Positions 19,691-28,738 of a stretch of DNA of 64,000 nt are shown piece after piece (position 1 is the first letter of the stretch; each line of letters begins with the position of its first letter). A program made the position numbers and the translations under genes. The stretch is taken from contig OZ245033.1 in NCBI GenBank assembly GCA_965224025.1, positions 3,040,001-3,104,000 of the forward strand. The letters run 5' to 3'. Origin of the DNA: Candidatus Multivorans sp. (lineage in GTDB: Bacteria > Acidobacteriota > Thermoanaerobaculia > Multivoradales > Multivoraceae). The notes below the pieces were generated by a model. That model saw only the letters and a program-made list of their open reading frames with translations, had not been told where the DNA came from and did not search any database.

Positions 19691-19818
19691 TGACGTGAGC
19701 GACCCCAGGCCCGCGGTAAACGCCGCGGTAAACGAGGAGTAGGCCGCAGGGCCGCATCAGGCGGTGAAACAGGGGGGGCGCTCACGTCACGACCCGGCCG
19801 CTTGGAGCGGTCGGGTCG
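19691..19818. other. Double-hairpin structured non-coding segment with a tandem 12-mer
   Basis: tgacgtgagcg (19691) pairs with cgctcacgtca (19779); ccgcggtaaacg x2 lies inside; second stem cgacccggccgct/agcggtcgggtcg. Confidence 0.5.
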
Positions 19819-20113
19819 CCAGCCCGCTGCGGTGCCGGTGCAGAAAGGCTTCCGAGAAAACGACAGGCAGTGCAACGACATTCTCGGAGTGTCCTCGAAA
19901 GCGGACAAGTAAACGAGGACGGCGGAACAGCTAGACGAGGGGGATGCTGACCTTTTTCACTCCTGGAGCGGATCCTGGTCCGACTCCGTTAGGCGGTCAG
20001 GGATCGGGGCGTGGGGCTGCGGAGAGTCGAGGTCTGGTGTTCCCCAGCATTGGTCTGGCGAAAACGATCGCCGCAACTGCCGAGTCGGCCGGCCTCTACC
20101 AGACCTTGAGGTT

Positions 20114-20890
20114 CTAAGGCACATCGAGCAGAGCGCGCCAAGCGTCCGACGCGGTGTAGTAGCGAATCATGGCGTCTTCCGCCGCGAGTTCGGCCGTCTC
20201 TTCCGCTGCAGCGGCTCGCGTAAGGGCTGGAGCGGCGAACTCGGCCACTGCCGCGCGTTGAACACGCCGGAGTTCGTTGAGCGCGCGCCCGCTCGCACGG
20301 CTACTCTCTGCAAACCGTTCATAAAGCTCCGGGCGTGGTGTTTCGCCGGGGCTCAAAGCATGTCTCGACCATGCCGCCTCGGCGCGGTCTCTCGCTTCGC
20401 CGGTGCGAATCACTTCCGCCAAGGCGGAGGTCGATGCGGCGGTGATTGCCTCAGCGGCAGGACCTTGACTCACTTCGCCGCGACTCCGGGTAGCCAGCGC
20501 CGCTGCCGCTTCGGCCGAGACGGCCTTAGCAGTGTCTCGGGCCTCAAGGGCGGCTGCCAGCGCGTCGCCGAGCTGTTCGGCGTACTCGGCCGCTTCAAGA
20601 CTCCGGTCGAAGGCCGCAGCGGTTGCCTCGGGTGCTGTGTCACGCGCGTCGCGGGCCGCTTCCAGAGCCTCGCGCGTAGCAACTCGGAATCTGTCCCGGA
20701 CGCCGGCAGCGTCGGGATCATCGACGGCTCGTAGATCGTCGATTGCGTCGCCAGCAGCGGCAGCGGTGAGTGCAGCCAACCGGACCGCGGCAGGGTCTGG
20801 CTCTGTAGGCGCACACGCCACGGCCAGAACCGCGACGAGGGCACCAGCGAAGCCCTGCTCGAAGACTCCAGTTCTGTGCTTCGATTTCAC
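20114..20890 (-). CDS. Hypothetical Ala-rich helical lipoprotein
   Basis: Lipobox-like LVAVLAVAC; long Ala-rich ORF; start uncertain. Confidence 0.6.
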   Translation of the reverse strand: MKSKHRTGVFEQGFAGALVAVLAVACAPTEPDPAAVRLAALTAAAAGDAIDDLRAVDDPDAAGVRDRFRVATREALEAARDARDTAPEATAAAFDRSLEAAEYAEQLGDALAAALEARDTAKAVSAEAAAALATRSRGEVSQGPAAEAITAASTSALAEVIRTGEARDRAEAAWSRHALSPGETPRPELYERFAESSRASGRALNELRRVQRAAVAEFAAPALTRAAAAEETAELAAEDAMIRYYTASDAWRALLDVP

Positions 20891-20990
20891 GCTCGAAACC
20901 CTAGTCTGCCAGTGACCCCGGGGGAGGATGATACCTTTGCTCACAGTTGGCACTGCAGGACAATCGGGACACCAAACCGCCTTCCCTTTG

Positions 20991-21059
20991 GTGCTACGCA
21001 CACGGCGAGGTTGCTGGAGCGCCGGCGGAACGTCATGGAGGCCTTGGGCGCGTTCCTAG
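20991..21059 (+). pseudogene. Tyrosine integrase C-terminal remnant, copy 3 (interrupted by IS630)
   Basis: gtgctacgc..ctggagcgccggcggaacgtcatggaggccttgggcgcgttcctag; homology resumes as gtcgag after the IS. Confidence 0.8.
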
Positions 21060-22195
21060 TGTAGCGTCTCCGACATGGGTTGACAGTTTCGGTTAAGTTC
21101 GTCAGTATTCCGTTCATGTGGGAACCAGCGGAACGACTTGACATCGAAGAGAGCGATCGAGCGCTTCTCAAGAAATGGGTAGAGGCGCCGACGACGCCAC
21201 AACGCACGGTCCGGCGTAGCCGGATCGTGCTCGCTGCGGCGGAGGGCACGGCCAATCGGGCGATCGCGGCGAAACTCGGAGTTTCGCGGCCCACGGTGCT
21301 GCTGTGGCGTCGTCGGTTCGCGGAGGACGGGCCTTCGGGGCTGACCAGGGATCGTCCCCGCGGTTGCGGAAAGCCGCCGCTCTCGGAGTCGGTCGTGCGT
21401 AAAGTGATCGAAGCGACGCTGCACGAGAAGCCGCCCGGTCAGACCCACTGGAGCGTGCGTTCGATGGCTCGGGCCCAGGGCATCAGTCCGGCGGCGGTCC
21501 AGCGCATCTGGGCGGCGCACGGGCTGAAGCCCCATCTGGTCAGGACGTTCAAGCTGAGTAACGACCCCAGGTTCGTGGAAAAGCTGCGGGACGTTGTGGG
21601 CCTGTACCGGAATCCGCCCGAGAATGCGCTTGTGCCGTGCGTGGACGAGAAGAGCCAGATCCAGGCTCTGGACCGGACCCAGCCAGGTTTGCCGCTCAAG
21701 CGCGGCCGCGCGGGAACGATGACCCACGACTACAAGCGCAACGGGACGACGACGTTGTTCGCTGCGCTGAACGTGTTGGAGGGCACGGTGATCGCGGAGT
21801 GCATGGGCCGGCAGCGCCACCAGGAGTTTCTCCGTTTCCTCAAGCGTCTCGACCGTGAGATCCCAAAGCACCTCGACCTGCACCTGATCCTGGACAACTA
21901 CCAGACCCACAAACACGCCGCCGTGCGCGCATGGCTGGAGCGAAAGCCTCGCTTCCACTTCCATTTCATTCCCACTTAGTCGCCCTGGCTTAACCTGGTC
22001 GAACGCTGGCTGGGCGGTCTGACCACGAAGGCGATCCGGCGCGGTGCATTCCAGAGCGTCAACGACCTCGTAAAGACCATCTACGACTATGTGGACCACA
22101 GCAACGAAAACTCCCGGCCGTTCGTCTGGACGGCCACCGCCGACAGCATCGTCGCAAAGGTTACACGTGGTAAAGCCATGTTGGAGACACTACAC
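21059..22195 (+). mobile_element. IS630-family insertion sequence
   Basis: IRs gtgtagcgtctccgacat / atgttggagacactacac; CTAG target with TA duplication (21057-58, 22196-97). Confidence 0.95.
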
Positions 22196-22198
22196 TAG
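21116..22198 (+). pseudogene. IS630 transposase with an in-frame TAG at 21977-21979
   Basis: VDEKSQIQAL, THDYKRNGT and ILDNY motifs; FIPT*SPWLNLVER continues in frame. Confidence 0.9.
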
Positions 22199-22279
22199 TC
22201 GAGCCAGACCACCGGTGGTACGCCAGCGTGCAGACGAGGGGCCGGAGGGCCGTGAAGACGTACTCTCTGGGGGAAGTAG

Positions 22280-22471
22280 ATGAAGAGCAAGGGCCACAGA
22301 ACGAAACCATGGCACTTGTCGTCTACACAGACGGTGTACCACTACTGGAGCACCTGCCCTCTCGCGCATGAGAGATACGAGGAGAACGCGCAGAGCGGCA
22401 AGGGCGCCGGTCGCCGTCCGTGCGGCCACTGCCAGAACCACGAACGCGCCTGGGCGGTAACCAGACGGTAG
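22280..22471 (+). CDS. Small Cys/His protein, possibly metal-binding
   Basis: GGGGAAG RBS; VYH...C and G.G.RPCGHC pattern. Confidence 0.55.
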   Translation: MKSKGHRTKPWHLSSTQTVYHYWSTCPLAHERYEENAQSGKGAGRRPCGHCQNHERAWAVTRR

Positions 22472-22689
22472 AGTTTGAAGGGCTGCCTGAAGCGGACGGC
22501 GAGACTCTAACGGGCGCTCTCTAACTCTAAGTCTAAGAAGGCAGCAGAGTCTAGGCAGGAGTCGAGGCCCGCCGTCGGTCGCTGGTGTCCGGGTGGGGAC
22601 GAAGGGGACCGTATGGGGACAGTCCCCGACGAGCGTTCGCCTCAAGTATCTGCGTCTACTGCTACTTGGCCCGATTCAGAGCGGGAAGC

Positions 22690-22763
22690 AGTGAGCGCAC
22701 CCCCTTTCATTCTCCGACCAAGCGCGAACGGCACCTGGGACCCGTCCCCCTGAACTCCTCCGC
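22690..22763 (+). repeat. Other half of the palindromic repeat
   Basis: Reverse complement cccaggtgccgttcgcgcttggtcggagaatg..gcgctcac aligns with 35089-35137. Confidence 0.85.
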
Positions 22764-22785
22764 GGGCGGGTGAGTGCAACTCGGC

Positions 22786-24963
22786 TCAGGGCGCCTCGCC
22801 GGCCGCCGCCGCGGCCTGCTCGTCGGCGAGCATGTTGCGACGGTGCAGCACGTAGGACTTGAGGAGGGCGACGTCGTCGCGGTCGAGGACGGGCGCGAAG
22901 CTCGGCATGCCGAGGTCGACGAGGGCGCCTTCGAGCAAGACTGCCTCGTAGGAGTCGAAGACGCGCTGGGAGGACTGCCGCAGGTCGGGCGTGACGCCGC
23001 CGGAGACGGCGCCGTAGCCGTGGCAGACGAGGCAGTACTGGTTGAACAGCCGGCGGCCGGCGTCGATGTCCGCGGCCGAAGCGCCGTGGTCGGCGCGGGT
23101 GACGCGGATCTCGCGGCGCTCCCGCCGCTCGATCGGCCGGCCGGTGGCGCCGAGGGCGTAGACGACGATCCGGCCTTCGGAGTCGACCGCCTGTCGGGCT
23201 GAGCGGCTGCCGACGATGCCGAAGGCGCCGCCCCAGCCGGACATCACGGCGATGTACTGCGTGCCGCCGCTCTCGAAGGTGATCGGCGGCGCGATGACGC
23301 CGCTGCCGGTGTAGCTCTCCCAGAGCTTCTCGCCGTCGTCGGCCCGGTACGCGGTCAGGAGGCCGAAGGGGGTGCCCTGGAAGACGAGGTTGCCGGCCGT
23401 GGCGAGCGTGCCGCCGGACCAGGGCATCGTGTACTGCGCCCGCCAGACCTCGCGCTGGGCGACCGGGTCCCACGCCAGCAGGTGACCGGAGAGCAGAGCC
23501 GGCGGCGCGTCCTCGGCAAGCATCTGGCCGGAGAGGCCGGTGGCGTCGATCACCGCCTGAGGAATGTCCTCGGGTGCGGCCGGCCGCACGCCCAGGTTCC
23601 ACTGGCCCGGCGTGTACTTGAAGTTCAGGGCCGGCACGTAGAAGTTCGACATCTCCATCGCCGGGATGTACACGAGTCCGGTGTCCGGGCTGAACGCCAT
23701 CGGGTGCCAGTTGTGCCCGCCGAGCGGCCCGGGCGAGACGGCGACTGCCTGGTCGGTGTAGCGCGCTCCGGCGAGCTCGACCGGCCGCCCGGACGCGAGA
23801 TCGACGTGGCTGGCCCAGGTCACGGTGACGAACTCCTCGGCCGAGATCAGCTCGCCGGTGCGGCGATCGAGGACGTAGAAGAACCCGTTCTTGGGCGCCT
23901 GCATGAGGACGTGGCGCACCCGGCCGCCGATCGGCAGCTCGGCGAGCATGATCGGCTGGGTGGCGGTGTAGTCCCAGGTGTCGCCGGGAGTCGTCTGGTA
24001 GTGCCAGACGTACTCGCCGGTGTCGGGACGGAGCGCCACGATCGAAGACAGGAACAGGTTGTCGCCGCCGCCGGGGCTGCGGAGGTTGCGGTCCCAGGGC
24101 GCGCCGTTGCCGACGCCGATGTAGAGCAGGTCGAGTTCCGGATCGTAGACGATCGAGTCCCACACGGTGCCGCCGCCGCCGCCGGTCCACCACTCGCCGG
24201 TCCAGGTCTCGGCGGCCATCCGCATCGCCTCGTCCTCGAAGCCGTCCGCCGGGTTGCCCGGCACCGTGTAGAAGCGCCAGGCGCGCTCGCCGGTTTCCGC
24301 GTCGTAGGCGTCGACGTAGCCGCGCACGCCGTACTCGGCGCCGCTGTTGCCGATGATCACCTTGCCCTTCGCGATCCGGGGGGCGCCGGTGATCGTGTAC
24401 ATCGAGTCCTCGGGCACTGTCATCGTCGACCAGGCGAGTTCGCCTGTCTCGGCGTCGATGGCGATCAGGCGTCCGTCGAGGGTGGCGGAGATCACCTTCC
24501 CGCGGTAGAGCGCGGCGCCGCGGTTGACCGCGTCGCAGCAGGTCTTCATCGCGATGGAGCGCGGCACCTCCGGGTCATGGGTCCACAGCGGTTCGCCGGT
24601 GACCGCGTCCAGGGCGTAGATCACGTTCCAGGCGCCGGTCGCGTACATCACGCCGTCGACGATCAGCGGCGTGCCCTCGAGGCCGCGCTTCGTGTTCGTC
24701 TCCATGACCCAGGAGATGCCGAGCTCAGCTACGTTGCCGTCGTTGATCTGGTCGAGCGGGCTGTAGCGCTGCTCCTTGTAGGTGCCGCCATAGGTCAGCC
24801 AGTCGGCGGTACGGCCCGCGGCGCCGACCAGGGCGGCGTCGTCGACCGCGTAGGCGGCCTCCGCGCGACGCGGCGGCGGCTGAGACATCGCCGAGCCGGT
24901 GAGAAGGAGCGCCGCGGTCCCGGCGGCGAAGGTTCGGACGGAACGAGTGAACAAGTGGCTCAT
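22786..24963 (-). CDS. Quinohemoprotein (type II) PQQ alcohol dehydrogenase with C-terminal cytochrome c
   Basis: YSPLDQIN, CCDAVNRG, GAEYGVRGY, WDYTATQ, APKNGFFY, GGHNW and CLVCH. Confidence 0.95.
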   Translation of the reverse strand: MSHLFTRSVRTFAAGTAALLLTGSAMSQPPPRRAEAAYAVDDAALVGAAGRTADWLTYGGTYKEQRYSPLDQINDGNVAELGISWVMETNTKRGLEGTPLIVDGVMYATGAWNVIYALDAVTGEPLWTHDPEVPRSIAMKTCCDAVNRGAALYRGKVISATLDGRLIAIDAETGELAWSTMTVPEDSMYTITGAPRIAKGKVIIGNSGAEYGVRGYVDAYDAETGERAWRFYTVPGNPADGFEDEAMRMAAETWTGEWWTGGGGGTVWDSIVYDPELDLLYIGVGNGAPWDRNLRSPGGGDNLFLSSIVALRPDTGEYVWHYQTTPGDTWDYTATQPIMLAELPIGGRVRHVLMQAPKNGFFYVLDRRTGELISAEEFVTVTWASHVDLASGRPVELAGARYTDQAVAVSPGPLGGHNWHPMAFSPDTGLVYIPAMEMSNFYVPALNFKYTPGQWNLGVRPAAPEDIPQAVIDATGLSGQMLAEDAPPALLSGHLLAWDPVAQREVWRAQYTMPWSGGTLATAGNLVFQGTPFGLLTAYRADDGEKLWESYTGSGVIAPPITFESGGTQYIAVMSGWGGAFGIVGSRSARQAVDSEGRIVVYALGATGRPIERRERREIRVTRADHGASAADIDAGRRLFNQYCLVCHGYGAVSGGVTPDLRQSSQRVFDSYEAVLLEGALVDLGMPSFAPVLDRDDVALLKSYVLHRRNMLADEQAAAAAGEAP

Positions 24964-25049
24964 GGCAAGAGTTCTCCTACGAGGCGTGGGGCCTCGACCT
25001 GAGAGCGCGGGCATCTATGCCCGCATCCGGATCCTCGGTACGGCTGAGG

Positions 25050-27026
25050 CTACTCGGCCGGTTCGTCGCCCGCAGCCCTGGAAGGCAGCGCCAGGACGAC
25101 GAGTTCGGGCGGCGTACCGCCGCCGCCGATGCCGAACCTGCCGCCGCCGGTGGCGACGGCGAGATACTGCCGGCCGCTGTGTTCGTAGCTGATTACGTTC
25201 GAGTGCGGCGTCTCCGGCAGTTCGATGCCGCCCAGGTACTCACCGGTCGCCTTGTCGTAGACGCTGATCTCGGGCGGTACTTCGGGTTCTCTCGCCGCGG
25301 TGACGAAGAGCAGCGTGGGCGTAACCAGGGGCGCGGCGGTGTGGTTGACCCGCCCAAGCCGGCCGAGTTCCAGGCGGGCGATCGCGGGATGGTTCACCGG
25401 CCCTACGCCGTGCGGGACCATCCAAAGGTGCTCGCCCGTGTTCAGATCGATCGCCGTGATGCGGCCGTAGGGCGGCTTCACCAGGGGCAGCCCCCGGGGT
25501 CCTTCGACCGTCGAGTACCAGCGGTCGGGGACGAAGTTGAGGTCGGAGCGGTTCGGGTCGGGCTGGATGAGCGAGACGCTGGCCGGGCGGGTGTGGGAGA
25601 CGACGTAGAGCACGCCGCTCTCGGGATCGACCGCCGCGCCGGTCCAGTTCGCGCCGCCGCCGTCGGCCGGCAGTTGGATCGTCGGTTTGCCGGACTCCTC
25701 AAGACGCGGCGGCGTGTAGAGCGGCACGAGGTCGTAGTCGGCTGCGATCTCGAGCGCCTCGGCGCGGAGTTCCGGCGTCCAGTCGATCAGGTCGTCCTCC
25801 GTGATTCCCTGGCGGTCGAACGGGGCCGGCCGGGTGGGGAAGGGCTGGGTCGGCGCCGCGCGCTCGCCGGGTACGCCGCTGGGCAACACCTCGCGTTCCT
25901 CGATGTCCCAGACGGGCTTGCCGCTGGTCCGGTCGAAGACGAACGCGAACGCCTGTTTGGTGACCTGGACCACGCCGCTCACCTGCTCGCCGCCCACCGT
26001 CGCCTCGAACAGGTTGGGGGCGGTCGGCGGGTCGTAGTCCCAGAGGCCGTGGTGGACGAACTGGTAGTGCCAGCGGCGTTCCCCGGTCGCGCAGTCGACG
26101 GCGACGATGCTCTCGGCGTACAGGTTGTCGCCGAGCCGGTGGCCGCCGTAGAGATCGTTCGTCGGCGTGCCGATGGGCAGGTACGCGGTCCAGGCCTCCT
26201 CGTCGACCGCGATCATCGACCAGACGTTCGTGTTGCCGCTGTAGCGCCAGGAACCGTCCTCCCAGGTTTCGACGCCCAGTTCGTCGTTCTGGGGGATGGT
26301 GTGGAAGACCCAGGCAAGATCGCCGGTCGGGATGTCGTAGGCGCGGACGAAGCCGGGCGGGGCTTCCTTGTGGGTGGCGCCGTCGGCGACGATCGACCCC
26401 ACGATCACGGTGTTGCCGCAGATCGCGGGCGGCGAGCTGTGGGTCGTCAAGCGTTCCATCACCTCTCGTCCGAGGTGCGGCGTCATCTCGACCGCGCCGC
26501 CGTCGCCGAAGGCGGGGTCCGGCTTGCCGGTCGCGGCGTCGAGGGAGACGAGCCGGCGGTCGTGAGTGGGAATCAGCACCCGCTCACGCTCACCGTCCGT
26601 CCAGTAGGCGACGCCGCGGTGCTGGAAGCCGAGGTTCGCGGGACGTCCGGCGCGCCAACTCTCGGGGTCGTAGGTCCAGATCGTCTCGCCGTTGTCCGCA
26701 TCGATGGCGGCGACCTGGCTGAGCGAAGTGGACACGAAGATCCGGCCGTTGACCTCGAGCGGGATCGCCTTGAACTGGCCGCGCCGCACGGTGCTCGGAA
26801 CTTCCGTGTCGGCGGCGAAAGACCGCCAGCGCCAGACGACTTCGACATCCTGGAAGTTGTCGCGGTCGATCTTGTCGAGCGTCGAGTACTTGCTGTTGCC
26901 GGGATCGCCGCCGAAGACGGGCCAGTCGCCGGAGGCGCCCGCCTGGGCCGCGAGCGGCGGGCTCGCGAGCGCCGCGGCGAGCGCAAGACCGGCCGCGGCG
27001 AGGCGTGAGGTGAAATGCCTGGTCAG
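25050..27026 (-). CDS. Periplasmic PQQ-dependent dehydrogenase (glucose/quinate-DH-like)
   Basis: KYSTLDKI, RGVAYW, HHGLWDYD, PTQPFP, GGANWTG and KPPYG; signal peptide begins at a CTG overlapping the upstream TGA. Confidence 0.9.
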   Translation of the reverse strand: MTRHFTSRLAAAGLALAAALASPPLAAQAGASGDWPVFGGDPGNSKYSTLDKIDRDNFQDVEVVWRWRSFAADTEVPSTVRRGQFKAIPLEVNGRIFVSTSLSQVAAIDADNGETIWTYDPESWRAGRPANLGFQHRGVAYWTDGERERVLIPTHDRRLVSLDAATGKPDPAFGDGGAVEMTPHLGREVMERLTTHSSPPAICGNTVIVGSIVADGATHKEAPPGFVRAYDIPTGDLAWVFHTIPQNDELGVETWEDGSWRYSGNTNVWSMIAVDEEAWTAYLPIGTPTNDLYGGHRLGDNLYAESIVAVDCATGERRWHYQFVHHGLWDYDPPTAPNLFEATVGGEQVSGVVQVTKQAFAFVFDRTSGKPVWDIEEREVLPSGVPGERAAPTQPFPTRPAPFDRQGITEDDLIDWTPELRAEALEIAADYDLVPLYTPPRLEESGKPTIQLPADGGGANWTGAAVDPESGVLYVVSHTRPASVSLIQPDPNRSDLNFVPDRWYSTVEGPRGLPLVKPPYGRITAIDLNTGEHLWMVPHGVGPVNHPAIARLELGRLGRVNHTAAPLVTPTLLFVTAAREPEVPPEISVYDKATGEYLGGIELPETPHSNVISYEHSGRQYLAVATGGGRFGIGGGGTPPELVVLALPSRAAGDEPAE

Positions 27027-27493
27027 GACAGGAGGCCGATCAGGCGGGCCCAGACCGAGACGCTGGTCCAGATGCCGATGGACAGCACGCCGACCACCTT
27101 GGGCCAGTGCCCCAGCGTTCCTTCCTCTGCGAACGCGACGCGGCGGCGGATCGTGAAGGTGAAGAGCAGCCCGATGACGATGATCTGCATCTTCCACCAG
27201 AAGAACGGGCTGTAGTACTGCTTGAGCGCGGTGGACAGGACCTGGGGCACGCCGGTCACGAACAGGGCGACGAAGCTCCAGATCATCCAGCGGTCCAGCT
27301 CGCGTGCGAGCTGGTTGAGAGGCGTCTTGATGAGGCCGCGCCCGATCAGCCGCATGTCGACCACCAGGACGGCGCCGGCGAATGCCACCAGAGCGACCAG
27401 GTGCATGCACTGGATGATCGGCGACGCCCAGGTCTCCTCCAGCATCCAGGCGCTGAAGGACAGACCCTGCATCCACTCGAAGAAGGACTGCAT
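27023..27493 (-). CDS. DUF6644-like 4-TM membrane protein
   Basis: MQSFFEW..PIIQCMH..VDMRLIG..YY..FFWWKM..ARLIG. Confidence 0.8.
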   Translation of the reverse strand: MQSFFEWMQGLSFSAWMLEETWASPIIQCMHLVALVAFAGAVLVVDMRLIGRGLIKTPLNQLARELDRWMIWSFVALFVTGVPQVLSTALKQYYSPFFWWKMQIIVIGLLFTFTIRRRVAFAEEGTLGHWPKVVGVLSIGIWTSVSVWARLIGLLS

Positions 27494-27534
27494 CACTGAT
27501 CGATCCTCCGCATCATTGAGCCCATCCTCCGCGG

Positions 27535-28059
27535 TCAGGCGCCGATGTTCAGGTTGTCCCACCAGTCGGGCATCAGGCCGGCGTAGGCCATCATGCGGCC
27601 GGTCACGACGACCGCCGCCCACAGCACCAGCGAAACGACGCCGGCGAGCCGGGCGTTGATCGGAATCTCGCGGCCCTGGTCCCATGCCTGGACCGACTTG
27701 TAGGTCGCGTAGTGGAACCAGTACATGTTGATGCCGGCAACCACCATCAGCAGCATCTTGGCCCAGAAATAGAAGTTGCCGTAGTAGCGCATCGGCTGGC
27801 TGTAGAGCAGCAGTCCGCCGGTGATCAGGTTGATGCCGTAGCCGGTCAGGGCCCACGGGAAGAGGCGGGTGGGAATGTTCGACACCGGCACCTTCCTGAG
27901 CGTCAGCCCGACCAGCCGCATGTCCCAGAAGGCGATCAGGCCGGCGAACAGGCACATGCTGACGACGTGGGTCGTCAGCAGAGTCGGGTACGCGTTCAGC
28001 GATTCCCGCAGCGCGATGCTGCTGGGAAGCGCGTCGACCCACTCGAAGGCGCTACGCAT
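27535..28059 (-). CDS. DUF6644-like 4-TM membrane protein
   Basis: LRES..YP....H..DMRLVG..YYGN.YFWAKM..GR.MAY; paralogue of the adjacent gene. Confidence 0.82.
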   Translation of the reverse strand: MRSAFEWVDALPSSIALRESLNAYPTLLTTHVVSMCLFAGLIAFWDMRLVGLTLRKVPVSNIPTRLFPWALTGYGINLITGGLLLYSQPMRYYGNFYFWAKMLLMVVAGINMYWFHYATYKSVQAWDQGREIPINARLAGVVSLVLWAAVVVTGRMMAYAGLMPDWWDNLNIGA

Positions 28060-28112
28060 GAGAGTCGGAAGATGGCGCTCGTGGGCTCAGGCCGGGCGGC
28101 GCCGGCACAGCC

Positions 28113-28646
28113 CTACCTGCGGCAGCGGTCCTGGTACTTCCGGTAGATCGCGTGGCAGTCCTCGCAGGCGCCGGCGAGTTGGTTGGTCAGGTCGCTGACC
28201 TTCTCCTGGTCCTCTTCGTGCGCCGCGGCGTAAATCTCCCTGGCGACGGAGGTCAACTGCCTGGCGTACTTCTGGTAGTCCTCGTTGGCTACCGGTGCGT
28301 CCCTGCCGTTCTCGCACTTGCGGTCGGCGTTCATGATCAGCGCCTCGACCTCGGATAGCGCCAGCGCGGCCTGCTGCGGCACCTTCCAGCCGGTGTAGAT
28401 GCCGGAGAACAGGGACGATGCGGAGCGGTCGTCTTCGCTGCCGGCCTCGGGCGGGGCGCCCGGATCCGTGGTCTGGACGTCGAACAGGAAGTTCGAGTTC
28501 GGGAACAGGATGGCGCGCATCAGTTCGGCCAGATTGCCGACCGGCTCCTCGTGCTCCGAGGCGGCGAGCGGCGTCGCGGCCATCGTCGTGCCGGCAGCGA
28601 GAAGCACTGCCGCGGCCAGGAGCGGCGCAAGTTTGGTCAAGCGCAT
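28113..28646 (-). CDS. Cytochrome c'-like (class II) periplasmic protein
   Basis: Signal peptide, helical body and C-terminal CEDCH..YR. Confidence 0.82.
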   Translation of the reverse strand: MRLTKLAPLLAAAVLLAAGTTMAATPLAASEHEEPVGNLAELMRAILFPNSNFLFDVQTTDPGAPPEAGSEDDRSASSLFSGIYTGWKVPQQAALALSEVEALIMNADRKCENGRDAPVANEDYQKYARQLTSVAREIYAAAHEEDQEKVSDLTNQLAGACEDCHAIYRKYQDRCRR

Positions 28647-28738
28647 TTGCGGGATCTCCTTCCCTCGGCGGGAACAACGTTGTTGAGGTGAGTCGCGCGC
28701 TCGCGAGCGGCCAGTCTAACTCAGGGGTTCGGCGTAAC

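Larger units (their letters stand above)
16719..22689. mobile_element. Decayed ~6-kb accessory island inserted into the palindromic repeat
   Basis: Flanked by the two repeat halves with AGTG duplicated (16715-16718, 22690-22693); integrase remnants, IS630, orphan genes and a visibly more AT-rich composition. Confidence 0.75.

Noticed and set aside
16291-21979. Two in-frame TAG codons as possible amber recoding
   Set aside because: Many intact genes here end in TAG and no pyrrolysine machinery is seen; nonsense mutations are simpler.
26030-26050. WDYD as a lanthanide-binding signature in the second PQQ enzyme
   Set aside because: DxD is ordinary in glucose-DH-type quinoproteins; the ADH has WDYT (Ca-type).
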